Below, piece by piece: positions 47,576 through 57,517 of a stretch of 64,000 nt of DNA. A program made the translations under genes and the position numbers. The stretch covers positions 160,001 to 224,000 of the forward strand of contig CBDBHR010000028.1 in NCBI GenBank assembly GCA_965205865.1. The letters run 5' to 3'. The stretch is from a bacterium (GTDB lineage: Bacteria > SAR324 > NAC60-12). The notes below the pieces were generated by a model that saw nothing but the letters and a program-made list of their open reading frames with translations, was not told where the DNA came from and did no database searches. Position 1 is the first letter of the stretch, and each line of letters begins with the position of its first letter.

Positions 47576-49309
47576 TCACGAACGTGGCATGGAATCGAGT
47601 GCGCAATTCAATTTTTTCAGTTCTTCTTTCTTTACCTTTCCTGTGGTGGTTAAGGGAAATTCGTCGATGAAGCGAATTTGCGGGACTTTGTAGGTGGCCA
47701 TATTCTCCCTACACCACTGTTGTAACGTTTCTGCCGGCAGTGATCGAGACCCGGGCTTCAATTTGATAAAAGCGACTGGGACTTCCCCTTTCGCAGGGTC
47801 TGGTTTGCCCACGACCGTACACTGGTGAATCGCCGGATGGTGGCCGAGTATGATTTCAATTTCTGAAGGAAAGACGCTCATGCCTCGCACTTTGAGCATT
47901 TCCTTGCGACGTCCCAGAAAATGTAAAAATCCGTCTTCATCCAACATCCCGATATCTCCGGTGGCGAGCCAACCATCACGGAGCAGGGTCTTCGTGGCTT
48001 CCGGTTTCTTCCAGTATGATTTGAGCAGGGAAGGGGTTTTGATAAAAATTTCGCCTTCGGAACCCATGGGGACCAATTTTCGGGTTTCAAAATCGAGAAT
48101 TTTCAGCAGGGTCCCGGGCACAGGCAAGCCACAAAAAGTTGGTATTGTTTTGAGATCCCGGTCATCTTGATGAAGCGCTGTAGTAAAAGTATCGCATGTG
48201 TGGGTTTCCGTCATTCCATAAGCGGACTCTCGCAGGATGAGCCCCGTCAACGCTTGCCATTTTTGACGATAGTCGACATTCAACTTTTTGATAAAGGAAC
48301 TGGTGGTGGTGGTGCGAAGAGACGAGAGATCGAATTGAGGCAAGTCCGGATGTTCCATCAGTTCCACTAAATTGTCCAGCACGCCTCCGAAACTCGTCAC
48401 TTTATACTTTTCAATTGCCGTTAAAACAGCCAGAGGATCCCATCTTGAAAGAAGCACATAGGTCTCTCCCGTAAAAACGGGAAGGAGGAGTCCAAGCTGT
48501 CCCGCAATCCAAAAGGAGGGAAGGTAGATCAATCCGACAAAATGGAAGTCACTGTCCATTGAGCGGTTATAGGTTGTCATGGTCGCCATGGTGTAAATCA
48601 TATCACGCTGGGTATGCTCGCACCCTTTTGGCATGCCTGTGGTACCCCCGGTATAGTTGAGGGAGGCAAGATCATCAGCACTCACTGCCGGATTTGGATA
48701 GTGCGGGTATTGTTTTTGGAAGACCGCCAATAGATCTGTCGTCCCGGGACACTCCACGGGAGAGAGAGCGAGGAGGCTGGGATGCGGAGGAATGGTGGGA
48801 TGCTCCGGCAAAAAATCCGCATAGCGGGTGACCACGATTTCTCGCACCTTCGTCTCATTTCGTACTTCTTCCACCAGAGGGACGAGCTGATCCAGCGTCA
48901 CTATCAGTTCAGCCTCCGAGTCCTGAAGTTCATAAAGGAGTTCGTGTTTCTTGAACATCGGATTGACGGGCACATGCGCGCAACCCCGTTTCAAAATTCC
49001 ATAAAATACGATATGGAACTGGGGACAAGTGGGCAGAAACACAGCCACACGATCCCCTTTCCGTAAACCTTTCGACGATAAAAAAGCTGCAAATCGGTTG
49101 CTGCAATCATCCAATTCCTTGAAGGTGATTTCCCGTCCATAGTAGATAAGACAAGGTTTATCAGGACGCAGTGCCGCCCACCTTTGCAGGTATTCAGTGA
49201 TGAGAATTTCTCCGAATGGATATTCAGGGTCCTTGCGTAAATGATCAGGCCAGTTTTTTTGCCATAATTCCTGCAAGTGATCCAAGTATGTCTGTTCGTC
49301 CATAAACAT
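47576..49309 (-). CDS. Long-chain acyl-CoA synthetase (AMP-binding)
   Basis: YTGGTTGMPKG, YGMTET, TGDIG, GRRKEM, GKV. Confidence 0.93.
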   Translation of the reverse strand: MFMDEQTYLDHLQELWQKNWPDHLRKDPEYPFGEILITEYLQRWAALRPDKPCLIYYGREITFKELDDCSNRFAAFLSSKGLRKGDRVAVFLPTCPQFHIVFYGILKRGCAHVPVNPMFKKHELLYELQDSEAELIVTLDQLVPLVEEVRNETKVREIVVTRYADFLPEHPTIPPHPSLLALSPVECPGTTDLLAVFQKQYPHYPNPAVSADDLASLNYTGGTTGMPKGCEHTQRDMIYTMATMTTYNRSMDSDFHFVGLIYLPSFWIAGQLGLLLPVFTGETYVLLSRWDPLAVLTAIEKYKVTSFGGVLDNLVELMEHPDLPQFDLSSLRTTTTSSFIKKLNVDYRQKWQALTGLILRESAYGMTETHTCDTFTTALHQDDRDLKTIPTFCGLPVPGTLLKILDFETRKLVPMGSEGEIFIKTPSLLKSYWKKPEATKTLLRDGWLATGDIGMLDEDGFLHFLGRRKEMLKVRGMSVFPSEIEIILGHHPAIHQCTVVGKPDPAKGEVPVAFIKLKPGSRSLPAETLQQWCRENMATYKVPQIRFIDEFPLTTTGKVKKEELKKLNCALDSMPRS

Positions 49310-49314
49310 GTCCT

Positions 49315-50574
49315 TTACAATAATTCTGATTCTTTCATGGTATCGTCGCTGCGCCGGACTGTATCCGCATCGTTTTCGGCAACAGTGCCATCTCTCAGAA
49401 GTTCCTCGATTTCAGACGAACCATAGCCGGCTTGTGCGAGCACTTCACGGGTCTGTTCGCCAAGCAACGGCGGAACATGGCGGATACCAACGGATTTTGA
49501 ACGGCTGAACTTGATAGGCGAAGCCATACCTTCATACCAACCTTCGCTCACCCGCATTTGGCGATGAGCGGTATGGGGGTGATCCAAGGCTTCCTTCATA
49601 TCGCGCACCGGACCGGCAGGCAACCCGGCGGCAAGCAGTTTTTCAGCAAATACGGCCCCATCGACGTCGGCCAATACTTCTGCGAGCTTATTGTTCAAGG
49701 CATCCCGGTTCTTTACGCGGTCTGCGTTCGTCAGAAAACGCGGGTCCGACGCCAGCTCGGACAAACCCAATGCCCGGCAGAGCCGGGCAAAACCCGCATC
49801 ATTGCCGATTCCCAGGAAAATCTCATTGGTTCGGGTTTTGAACTTGTCATAGGGCGAGATATTAGGATGTGAATTGCCCACTGCTTTGCCGGGTTTTCCT
49901 GATAAGAAATAGTTGGCATTGTACGGGTGGGTGAGGGCCAATGCGCTGTCGTAAAGCGTCATGTCGATGAACTGCCCTTTACCGGACCGTTGCCGTTCCA
50001 GCAACGCCATCAGAATGCCGACCACGCTGTAGAGCCCGGTCCCCATATCAACCATCGGAGCGCCCATACGCACCGTCCCGCTTTCGGCCATGCCGTTGAT
50101 CGACATCATACCTGTCATGGCCTGCAAGATCGCATCATAACCCGGGGCTCCTCCGAGTGGACCATCCGCGCCGAAGCCGGAGATGCGACAATGGATCAAT
50201 TCCGGAAATTTTTCCTGCAGAGTCCGCTGATAGCCCAGACCCCATTTTTCCATCGTACCCGTCTTGAAATTTTCTATAAGAACATCCGTATCCTGCAAGA
50301 GCCGCAGGACGATTGAGCGACCCGCATTGTGACGTAAATCAATCACAATCGATTTCTTGTTGCGGTTCACGTTTAAAAAATAGGAAGCCATACCACGCCT
50401 GAAAGGCGGGCCCCATCCCCGCGTTTCATCACCCGTTTCAGCTTCGATCTTGATGACCTCCGCCCCGTGGTCGGCCAGGATCTGCGTGGCATACGGTCCG
50501 CCCAACACCCGGGTCATGTCCAAAATTTTCAAGTTCTCCAACGCGTGCGTTGCTTTGTCATAGTCTTCATTCAT
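49315..50574 (-). CDS. Family III CoA transferase (CaiB/BaiF)
   Basis: ILDMTRVLGGP, LADHGAEVIKIE, NRNKKSI, ENFK, GYD. Confidence 0.95.
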   Translation of the reverse strand: MNEDYDKATHALENLKILDMTRVLGGPYATQILADHGAEVIKIEAETGDETRGWGPPFRRGMASYFLNVNRNKKSIVIDLRHNAGRSIVLRLLQDTDVLIENFKTGTMEKWGLGYQRTLQEKFPELIHCRISGFGADGPLGGAPGYDAILQAMTGMMSINGMAESGTVRMGAPMVDMGTGLYSVVGILMALLERQRSGKGQFIDMTLYDSALALTHPYNANYFLSGKPGKAVGNSHPNISPYDKFKTRTNEIFLGIGNDAGFARLCRALGLSELASDPRFLTNADRVKNRDALNNKLAEVLADVDGAVFAEKLLAAGLPAGPVRDMKEALDHPHTAHRQMRVSEGWYEGMASPIKFSRSKSVGIRHVPPLLGEQTREVLAQAGYGSSEIEELLRDGTVAENDADTVRRSDDTMKESELL

Positions 50575-50813
50575 GGTTATCCATCTCCATTTTCGATATA
50601 GACAGGGAGTTCAATGCTCTGATACTCTGGCGTTCCGGGGGAGATGAACTCACCCCCGACCCTGACAGGAGGGGACTCTTGGTTTCCTACTCCGATAATC
50701 CGGCGTTCCGCTGTAAAATTACAATGGAATTGACAATATTTCCCTCCGCAATGAAACACATTGGCTCAAAGTTGCCAATCTGTTTTTCCACAAAACTCGA
50801 AAAGCAGCAAGTT

Positions 50814-53003
50814 ATGACAAAATCTATCACAGAACACCTTCCGATAGCCTTGATTTTCAGCAGCTTCTGTTTGACCTGGAGTGGGCTCTTTGTGGCTGCC
50901 TCCGATTTCGAAGCCATGCAGTGGTATTTTTACGGCTCCGCATTGCCGGCGCTGATTGGATTCATCCTCTCTTTTCGCCAGCAGAAAACACCAGCGATGT
51001 TGCAATTGCAGGCCGAAAGTCTTGAACTGCGGGAAAAAGAAACACGGGTGAAGCAACTGGAGAAACGCCTGAAAGAAGATGCTTTGGAATTGGATAAAAG
51101 GATTCTGCAATTCAACCAGAAATTGAAAATCCATCACGAATGGATGGAATTTCCCCTGGGAGTGGACTCGCTCGAGATTTTTGAAGAAGCAAAGGAATCG
51201 AGTGCCCGAGATCAGCAGGTGGCGCAATTGTTGAAGCATCAAACCGCGTCCTTTTTTGACAACATCAAACAAAAAAAATATTACAAAGCCGGTGAGATCC
51301 ACGGCAAACCCCTCTGGGAGGATATTGTCACTCTCATCGAATCCGTGGCGAGAATCTACAATCCTGACGTCAAACAACCCTTGCTTCATACCAGCATCGA
51401 GCAATTATTGCGTGCCATCAACCAGATCTCGATCAACCTGATCGTTTTGCTGGATCGTTTGCCGGTCAATATCAAGAAAAGGACCCTCAACGAAACCTAT
51501 GGCTTCATTCAAAAAGGCGTGAGAGGGTTTGAGTTTTATGAAAAGGCAGCTCCCTATTTGGAATACGTACAACCACTCTACTACTTTGGAAGATTGGTAC
51601 TGGGCGCCAATCCGGTTGCCCTCGGAGCCACTGCGCTTGCAGTGGAAATTGGAAAGACCGGAACGAAGCAGTTGACCGTCCATATCAGCGAAAAGTACGC
51701 ACTGCGTCTGTTGCATGAAACGATCGCCATTCTTGCCAATGAAATGGTTTCTCTCTTTGGAGGTGATTACCGGCACCGGGATGCCAACTGGATCTACGGG
51801 GCGGAACTGACTGAATTGGTCCATCAATTTCCGATTTCCCAGGAAATTCTGCAGGCGGCTTTGAATGAAACGGGAAACCTGCACCTGCGCAGCGAATACG
51901 ACCGGTTGTTCCTTTACCGCTGCCTCGCCTCCCGTCAATCCATTCATCCTGAAAAATTTCCAAACGCTTTCCGCAGCCTCGATGAAAAAGAATGCCACAA
52001 CATCGCCCGGGGTTTGGAAAAATTTTATGCCCGTTTTATTTACGGTCGCACCCCCAAACGGATTCAAACCTGGAAAACGGGGGTGGAAAGCCGTCTGAAC
52101 TGCAAGCTGCATTTGGAAGTGTCTTCCCACGCTCCCGATGAGCAGATCTCCATTCTGCGTAGCGCGATTTTTTCGCTGGCCAGTTTTTTATTGGAAATCA
52201 AAGATCGTGAGATTGCGGAAATTGCGGATTTGCTGGCCCAACGCAAGCTGTTGGCATTGCTTGAAGCGCCTTTGCGGTCTGAAATCCTGCGAGCAATTGC
52301 AGCCAACCCACCGATGATCTTCAGTTATCCCGATTGCGAACCTGCCAGTGATCTCTTGTCCTGGTATCTGGAGGATCTATTAACCCTCAATGTGGAAATT
52401 GCCCCGCATGACAAACGGGGAGACGGGATTTTCCGGGGGGTACTCCAGTACTTCCGCTTGGATCCGAAACCATTTCAAAAGATGATGACGAGTCAATATA
52501 CGAAGTGTTTGGAAAAACAACTGCGCCCTGATTCGGCGGAACGAAAAGTCAAGTATCCTGTGGCCCGTGCCCTGCTGGCGGCACTGCAATTGGACGAAGC
52601 GCCTTATTTTCTTTACAAAGGAATTGCTCCGGAGCCCAAATGGGAAGACGCGACCATGAATGCGCTTCTGAAAAAAAGAGAACTTTGGCTGTTGGGCACC
52701 CCTTCACGTCTTTTACTACTGGCAATTTCCCCCAATTCTCGTGCCGACGAAGAGCAAGCGGTACGGCTATGGCAAGGAGACCTGCAGCCTGAATCTTCCG
52801 TATGGCTCCGCAAAGCGAAAAATAGGGTGATCCATCTTTGCAGGCTTCAAGGAGGGCGATGGAATCGGGAAATCGTTCCTTGCAGCCAAACACCGGAGTC
52901 GATTCTCATCTCCGGCAATCTCTTGGAACGCTACGAAAAATATTTCGCGCCCCTATTGGAGTTTGTTAACGGAATCGAAGCTGACGCCCGGACATTCCCA
53001 TGA
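50814..53003 (+). CDS. Large hypothetical membrane-anchored protein
   Basis: Long open frame; two N-terminal hydrophobic segments then a coiled coil; start uncertain (track start 50550). Confidence 0.7.
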   Translation: MTKSITEHLPIALIFSSFCLTWSGLFVAASDFEAMQWYFYGSALPALIGFILSFRQQKTPAMLQLQAESLELREKETRVKQLEKRLKEDALELDKRILQFNQKLKIHHEWMEFPLGVDSLEIFEEAKESSARDQQVAQLLKHQTASFFDNIKQKKYYKAGEIHGKPLWEDIVTLIESVARIYNPDVKQPLLHTSIEQLLRAINQISINLIVLLDRLPVNIKKRTLNETYGFIQKGVRGFEFYEKAAPYLEYVQPLYYFGRLVLGANPVALGATALAVEIGKTGTKQLTVHISEKYALRLLHETIAILANEMVSLFGGDYRHRDANWIYGAELTELVHQFPISQEILQAALNETGNLHLRSEYDRLFLYRCLASRQSIHPEKFPNAFRSLDEKECHNIARGLEKFYARFIYGRTPKRIQTWKTGVESRLNCKLHLEVSSHAPDEQISILRSAIFSLASFLLEIKDREIAEIADLLAQRKLLALLEAPLRSEILRAIAANPPMIFSYPDCEPASDLLSWYLEDLLTLNVEIAPHDKRGDGIFRGVLQYFRLDPKPFQKMMTSQYTKCLEKQLRPDSAERKVKYPVARALLAALQLDEAPYFLYKGIAPEPKWEDATMNALLKKRELWLLGTPSRLLLLAISPNSRADEEQAVRLWQGDLQPESSVWLRKAKNRVIHLCRLQGGRWNREIVPCSQTPESILISGNLLERYEKYFAPLLEFVNGIEADARTFP

Positions 53004-53158
53004 AAAAACCTCCAATTTTTTGGTTGCTTCTTTCCTACGGTTCCGCTAAAAATCTAAATCCAAGTGAATCTGAATCATCCTGCCCTTTCTCTTGTTGCAT
53101 GTTAATAAGAGAAAAAGCGGAATATTCAATCAAGACCTTATCTCAATGAGGAGGATTC

Positions 53159-53728
53159 GTGTTTTCTCCGGAAGTACAAAAGAAAGCGGAAAACATCCTG
53201 AGCCGCTATCCTATCAAAGTCAACGCCTTGCTGCCGATGTTGCACCTTGCCCAAAGAGAGAACAACGGATATTTGAACTCGGATTGTCTGCGGCATGTGG
53301 CCAAACTCTGCGAAGCGCCACCGACGCATGTGGAAGGCGTTGCCACTTTTTACACCATGTTTAAATTCGAACCCCTGGGGAAATATCATCTGCAGGTCTG
53401 TACTAACCTGACCTGCGGACTTTGCGGAGGTGAAGAAATTCTGGAACATATTGAAAACCGCATACGCGCTCATGCCGGACAGACAAGCGAGGATGGACGG
53501 TTCAGCGTCGAAGAAGTCGAATGTCTGGGCGCCTGCGGGTATGCGCCGGTGATGATCGTCAATGAGGACTATCATGAAAAATTGACAATTTCAGAAGTCG
53601 ATCATCTCCTGGATCAATTGGAAAAAGATCCAAGTGAATTGTCGCAAAAAACACTTCCCATTGACAGGCCTTTTGCCACAAAGTTGGCGCCGAACCGCGC
53701 CCTCCCTCGAGGGGAGGGGGGAAACTGA
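53159..53728 (+). CDS. nuoE: NADH-quinone oxidoreductase subunit E
   Basis: VATFYTMF, VCTNLTC, ECLGACG. Confidence 0.95.
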   Translation: MFSPEVQKKAENILSRYPIKVNALLPMLHLAQRENNGYLNSDCLRHVAKLCEAPPTHVEGVATFYTMFKFEPLGKYHLQVCTNLTCGLCGGEEILEHIENRIRAHAGQTSEDGRFSVEEVECLGACGYAPVMIVNEDYHEKLTISEVDHLLDQLEKDPSELSQKTLPIDRPFATKLAPNRALPRGEGGN

Positions 53729-53749
53729 ACCTTTCATCATGAATTTGCC

Positions 53750-55006
53750 ATGTTAGAAGAAACACTTGTCCTTTTTAAGAATGTCAGACAACCAGGATAC
53801 CAAGGTGATTTGGACAGTTACAAGACGGCCGGGGGCTACGTTGCACTGGAACAAGCCTTGAAAATGAAGCCTGAGGAGCTTGTTGATCTTGTGAAGGAAT
53901 CAGGTTTGCGGGGTCGAGGTGGGGCCGGATTTCCCACGGGACTCAAATGGAGTTTCATGGCAAAAGGTACGGACAAACCGAGTTACTTGATTATTAATGC
54001 CGACGAAGGAGAACCCGGCACATTCAAAGACCGCGAAATCATGCTCAAAGAACCGCACATGTTCCTGGAAGGCTTCATGATCGGATGTTATGCTCTGGGA
54101 TGTCATCATGGTTACATTTATGTGCGTGGAGAGTTTGTCCCTGCCATGCGGCGCTTGCAGGAGGCGGTGGATGAGTGCTATGCTGCCAAAATTCTGGGTC
54201 CGAAGCTGATGGGAAGCGATTTCGAGTTGGAAATGACCCTGCATCCAGGAGCGGGCGCCTATATTTGCGGAGAAGAAACAGCCCTGCTGGACTCGTTGGA
54301 AGGCAAGCGCGGTCAACCTCGCACCAAACCCCCTTTTCCCGCAGTGGCTGGATTCAATGGTTGCCCAACGAGTGTGAACAATGTTGAAACCCTGATGTGC
54401 GTCCCGGTGATTGTCAAAGAAGGCGCAGAGTATTTTAAATCATTGGGCACGCCCAACAATTCGGGCACGCACTTGGTAAGTCTGAGCGGGCACGTCAACA
54501 AGCCGGGGGTGTATGAGTTGAAAATGGGCGTCAACCTGAAAGATATCATCTATGAAATCGGTGGCGGCATACCCGGCGCTAAGAAGCTTAAAGGCGTGAT
54601 CCCCGGGGGATCTTCGGTGCCGGTGCTAAACCCGGATGAAATCGATATTCCCTATGACTTCGATTCATTGGCCAAGGCCAAGAGTTTGATGGGATCTTCG
54701 GCAGTCATCGTCTTTGACGAGGATACCGACGTGGTCAAGTTCTTGTACCGTATCGTCCAATTTTACAACCATGAATCCTGTGGTCAATGCACTCCCTGCC
54801 GGGAAGGCACCAATTGGAGTCGTCAGATTTTAAGAGAGTTCGTAAACCGACAGGGATCGCCAGAATCGTTGAGGCGGCTTTACCGCGTGGGTGGAAACAT
54901 GCTGGGGACGACGCTTTGCGCGCTGGGAGATGCCTGTGCCATGCCTATTCAGGCCTTTGTGGATAAATATCCGGAAGATTTTCGTTCCCATTTTTCGGGT
55001 GCTTGA
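53750..55006 (+). CDS. nuoF: NADH-quinone oxidoreductase subunit F
   Basis: GLRGRGGAGFPTG, NADEGEPG, YICGEETAL, ESCGQCTPCREG. Confidence 0.97.
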   Translation: MLEETLVLFKNVRQPGYQGDLDSYKTAGGYVALEQALKMKPEELVDLVKESGLRGRGGAGFPTGLKWSFMAKGTDKPSYLIINADEGEPGTFKDREIMLKEPHMFLEGFMIGCYALGCHHGYIYVRGEFVPAMRRLQEAVDECYAAKILGPKLMGSDFELEMTLHPGAGAYICGEETALLDSLEGKRGQPRTKPPFPAVAGFNGCPTSVNNVETLMCVPVIVKEGAEYFKSLGTPNNSGTHLVSLSGHVNKPGVYELKMGVNLKDIIYEIGGGIPGAKKLKGVIPGGSSVPVLNPDEIDIPYDFDSLAKAKSLMGSSAVIVFDEDTDVVKFLYRIVQFYNHESCGQCTPCREGTNWSRQILREFVNRQGSPESLRRLYRVGGNMLGTTLCALGDACAMPIQAFVDKYPEDFRSHFSGA

Positions 55007-55031
55007 TAACTGAACTATTGAAGAACTGGTC

Positions 55032-56627
55032 ATGCCGAAATTTTATCTTGATGAACAACCCATCGAATTCGAACCAGGTGAAAAAATCCTATCGGCCGCA
55101 TTGAAAGCCGGAATCGAAATCCCTTATTATTGCTACCATCCCGCTTTGTCGATCGTGGCGACTTGTCGCATGTGCTTGGTCGATGTGACCGACATGGGAA
55201 ACGGCCGTCCCGCTCCCAAACTGATGACTTCCTGTTCCACGGACGCGGTGGAAGGGATGAAAGTGGTCGCGCACAACGAGAGTGTCCGGGAAGGGCGCGA
55301 GTTGGTGATGGAATTCCTGCTGGTCAATCACCCGCTGGATTGCCCGATCTGCGACCAGGCGGGGGAGTGTACCCTGCAGGACTATTCTTACGACTACGGT
55401 ACGGGAAATTCTGAAATGGAGTATTCCAAACGGGTGTATGGCTGGCGCGACATTGGCACTTTTGTGATGCTGGAACGCAACCGCTGTATTCATTGTACCC
55501 GTTGTGATCGTTTTACCAGAGAAATCACCGGCACGCATGAATTCGGCATGTTCAACCGGGGTCATCAATTGACTGTCGATACATTCACAGATCGTCCCAT
55601 GACCAATAAATTTCAAGGAAACATGGCCGATATTTGCCCGGTCGGGTGCATCACAGAACGAGAATTTCGCTTCAAAAGACGTGTTTGGAAACTGAAAAAA
55701 ACCAACTCGATCTGCACCCATTGCTCCACCGGTTGCAATATCTCCGTAGAAGAGGACAAAAATACCGTGATCCGTCTCAAACCCCGGGAAAATCAGGACG
55801 TCAATCAGTGGTGGATGTGTGACGATGGCAGGATCAGCATGAGACGGTTCAATAAAAATAAAAATCGCTTACTGCAGCCCATGGGACGAGTCGAAGGGCA
55901 ACTGGTCAAAGCAAGTTGGGGGCGGATTTACGAGGCAATGAAGAGCAAAATAGATGCGTTGGCGCCGGCAGCCAATGAAGTGGTTGCCATCACAGATACC
56001 CATGCCAGCAATGAAGAACTCTATTTGCTGAAGAAAATGATGGGAGATGTTTTTGATTCCAACAGGGTCTTTTTCCCACTGCGTCCCTGGTCTCAGCCAA
56101 ACACCAATTATTTTATTGATTCGTTGATCACCAGCGACAAAAGCCCCAATCGCGCTGGGGCAATCGCACTGGATTTGATTGGCGATGAAGAGGATACGCG
56201 GGTGCTGGAAGCCTTGAGTGATCCTGTCAAACTGGTAGTGGTGCTGGGCGATCCTTATTCTGAAAAGCCCGAAATTCAGGAGCTTGTCAATAAAGCGGAA
56301 TTGATCGTCTATATTGGTACGGAAATGAATTCATGGGCGAAAAAAAACGCCGATGTGTTGTTGCCGGGTCGAACCCATGCTGAAAAAGAAGGAACCTTCA
56401 CCAATAAAAATAATCGTGTTCAGCGGATCATGATTGCCGTTCACGCCCCGGAACTCACCAAACCGGAATGGATGATCCTCACGGAATTGATCCAATCCTT
56501 GGGGAAGGACGCCGATTTTGAATCCGCACCAGCCGTTTTTGATACTTTGGGTTCCACGATAGAAAAATTCAAAGGACTCACCTACAGCAATGTTGGCAGT
56601 CATGGTTGTCCGCTGCCTGCCAGTTAA
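55032..56627 (+). CDS. nuoG: NADH-quinone oxidoreductase subunit G (short form)
   Basis: CYHP..CRMC, HPLDCPICDQAGEC, RCIHCTRC, CPVG, CTHCSTGC. Confidence 0.92.
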   Translation: MPKFYLDEQPIEFEPGEKILSAALKAGIEIPYYCYHPALSIVATCRMCLVDVTDMGNGRPAPKLMTSCSTDAVEGMKVVAHNESVREGRELVMEFLLVNHPLDCPICDQAGECTLQDYSYDYGTGNSEMEYSKRVYGWRDIGTFVMLERNRCIHCTRCDRFTREITGTHEFGMFNRGHQLTVDTFTDRPMTNKFQGNMADICPVGCITEREFRFKRRVWKLKKTNSICTHCSTGCNISVEEDKNTVIRLKPRENQDVNQWWMCDDGRISMRRFNKNKNRLLQPMGRVEGQLVKASWGRIYEAMKSKIDALAPAANEVVAITDTHASNEELYLLKKMMGDVFDSNRVFFPLRPWSQPNTNYFIDSLITSDKSPNRAGAIALDLIGDEEDTRVLEALSDPVKLVVVLGDPYSEKPEIQELVNKAELIVYIGTEMNSWAKKNADVLLPGRTHAEKEGTFTNKNNRVQRIMIAVHAPELTKPEWMILTELIQSLGKDADFESAPAVFDTLGSTIEKFKGLTYSNVGSHGCPLPAS

Positions 56628-56639
56628 TCCAAAACAGAG

Positions 56640-57158
56640 ATGATCATGTTACTGACGTTTTACCTACTTGCCACCATCGCCGTGATCAGTTCACTGGGTG
56701 TGCTGGTATGTCGTAATCCTATTTACAGCGCAATGTCTTTGGTCTGCACGTTCTTTTGCTTGGGCGGTATTTACGTTTTGCTGAATGTGGAGTTTGTGGC
56801 AGTAATCCAGATTTTGATCTACGCGGGTGCCATTCTGGTACTTTTCCTTTTTGTGATTATGTTGCTCAATATTGCGCCCAGCGGGGAATCGATCCAGTTG
56901 AACATTCCCAAGGTCCTGGCCATAGGCATCACTCTCGGGTTACTTATTCAAATTTCCGCACTGTTTCTGGGTCGTATCGAATATGGACCCAAAGATATTT
57001 ATACCCTGGAGACCATCACTGAAGAAGGATCGATAGGATTGATCGGCCGGTTGTTGTATGGGGAATACGTGCTACCCTTTGAAGCCGTTTCTATCCTTCT
57101 GCTGGTTGCAGTCATCGGCGCAGTGGTTATCGGTAAACGTCGTATCAAGGAAAACTAA
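56640..57158 (+). CDS. nuoJ: NADH-quinone oxidoreductase subunit J
   Basis: NPIYSA, QILIYAGAILVLFLFVIMLL, PFE. Confidence 0.95.
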   Translation: MIMLLTFYLLATIAVISSLGVLVCRNPIYSAMSLVCTFFCLGGIYVLLNVEFVAVIQILIYAGAILVLFLFVIMLLNIAPSGESIQLNIPKVLAIGITLGLLIQISALFLGRIEYGPKDIYTLETITEEGSIGLIGRLLYGEYVLPFEAVSILLLVAVIGAVVIGKRRIKEN

Positions 57159-57460
57159 TGATTCCCACAACCCATGTGCTAATCCTCAGTGCTGTCCTGT
57201 TTGCCACCGGGGTTTTGGGTGTGATGCTACGCCGCAATGTGATCGTCATTTTCATGAGCATTGAAGTGATGTTCAATGCAGTCAACCTTTCTTTTGTGGC
57301 ATTTGCCCGGGAAATGGATTCGATGGCGGGGGTCATTTTTATTTTCTTTATCGTCGTCGTTGCTGCCGCGGAAGCGGTCGTGGGATTATCCATCATCCTT
57401 TCTATTTACCGCAATCGACAAACACTCAACGTGGATGAATACAACTGGATCAAATGGTAA
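57158..57460 (+). CDS. nuoK: NADH-quinone oxidoreductase subunit K
   Basis: RRN..MSIEVMFNA, AAAEAVVGL. Confidence 0.96.
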   Translation: MIPTTHVLILSAVLFATGVLGVMLRRNVIVIFMSIEVMFNAVNLSFVAFAREMDSMAGVIFIFFIVVVAAAEAVVGLSIILSIYRNRQTLNVDEYNWIKW

Positions 57461-57517
57461 CTTCGAATCCGTTTGAGACCTGCAGACGTCCTCAGTGACG
57501 CTCCTTGGAGAACCTTT

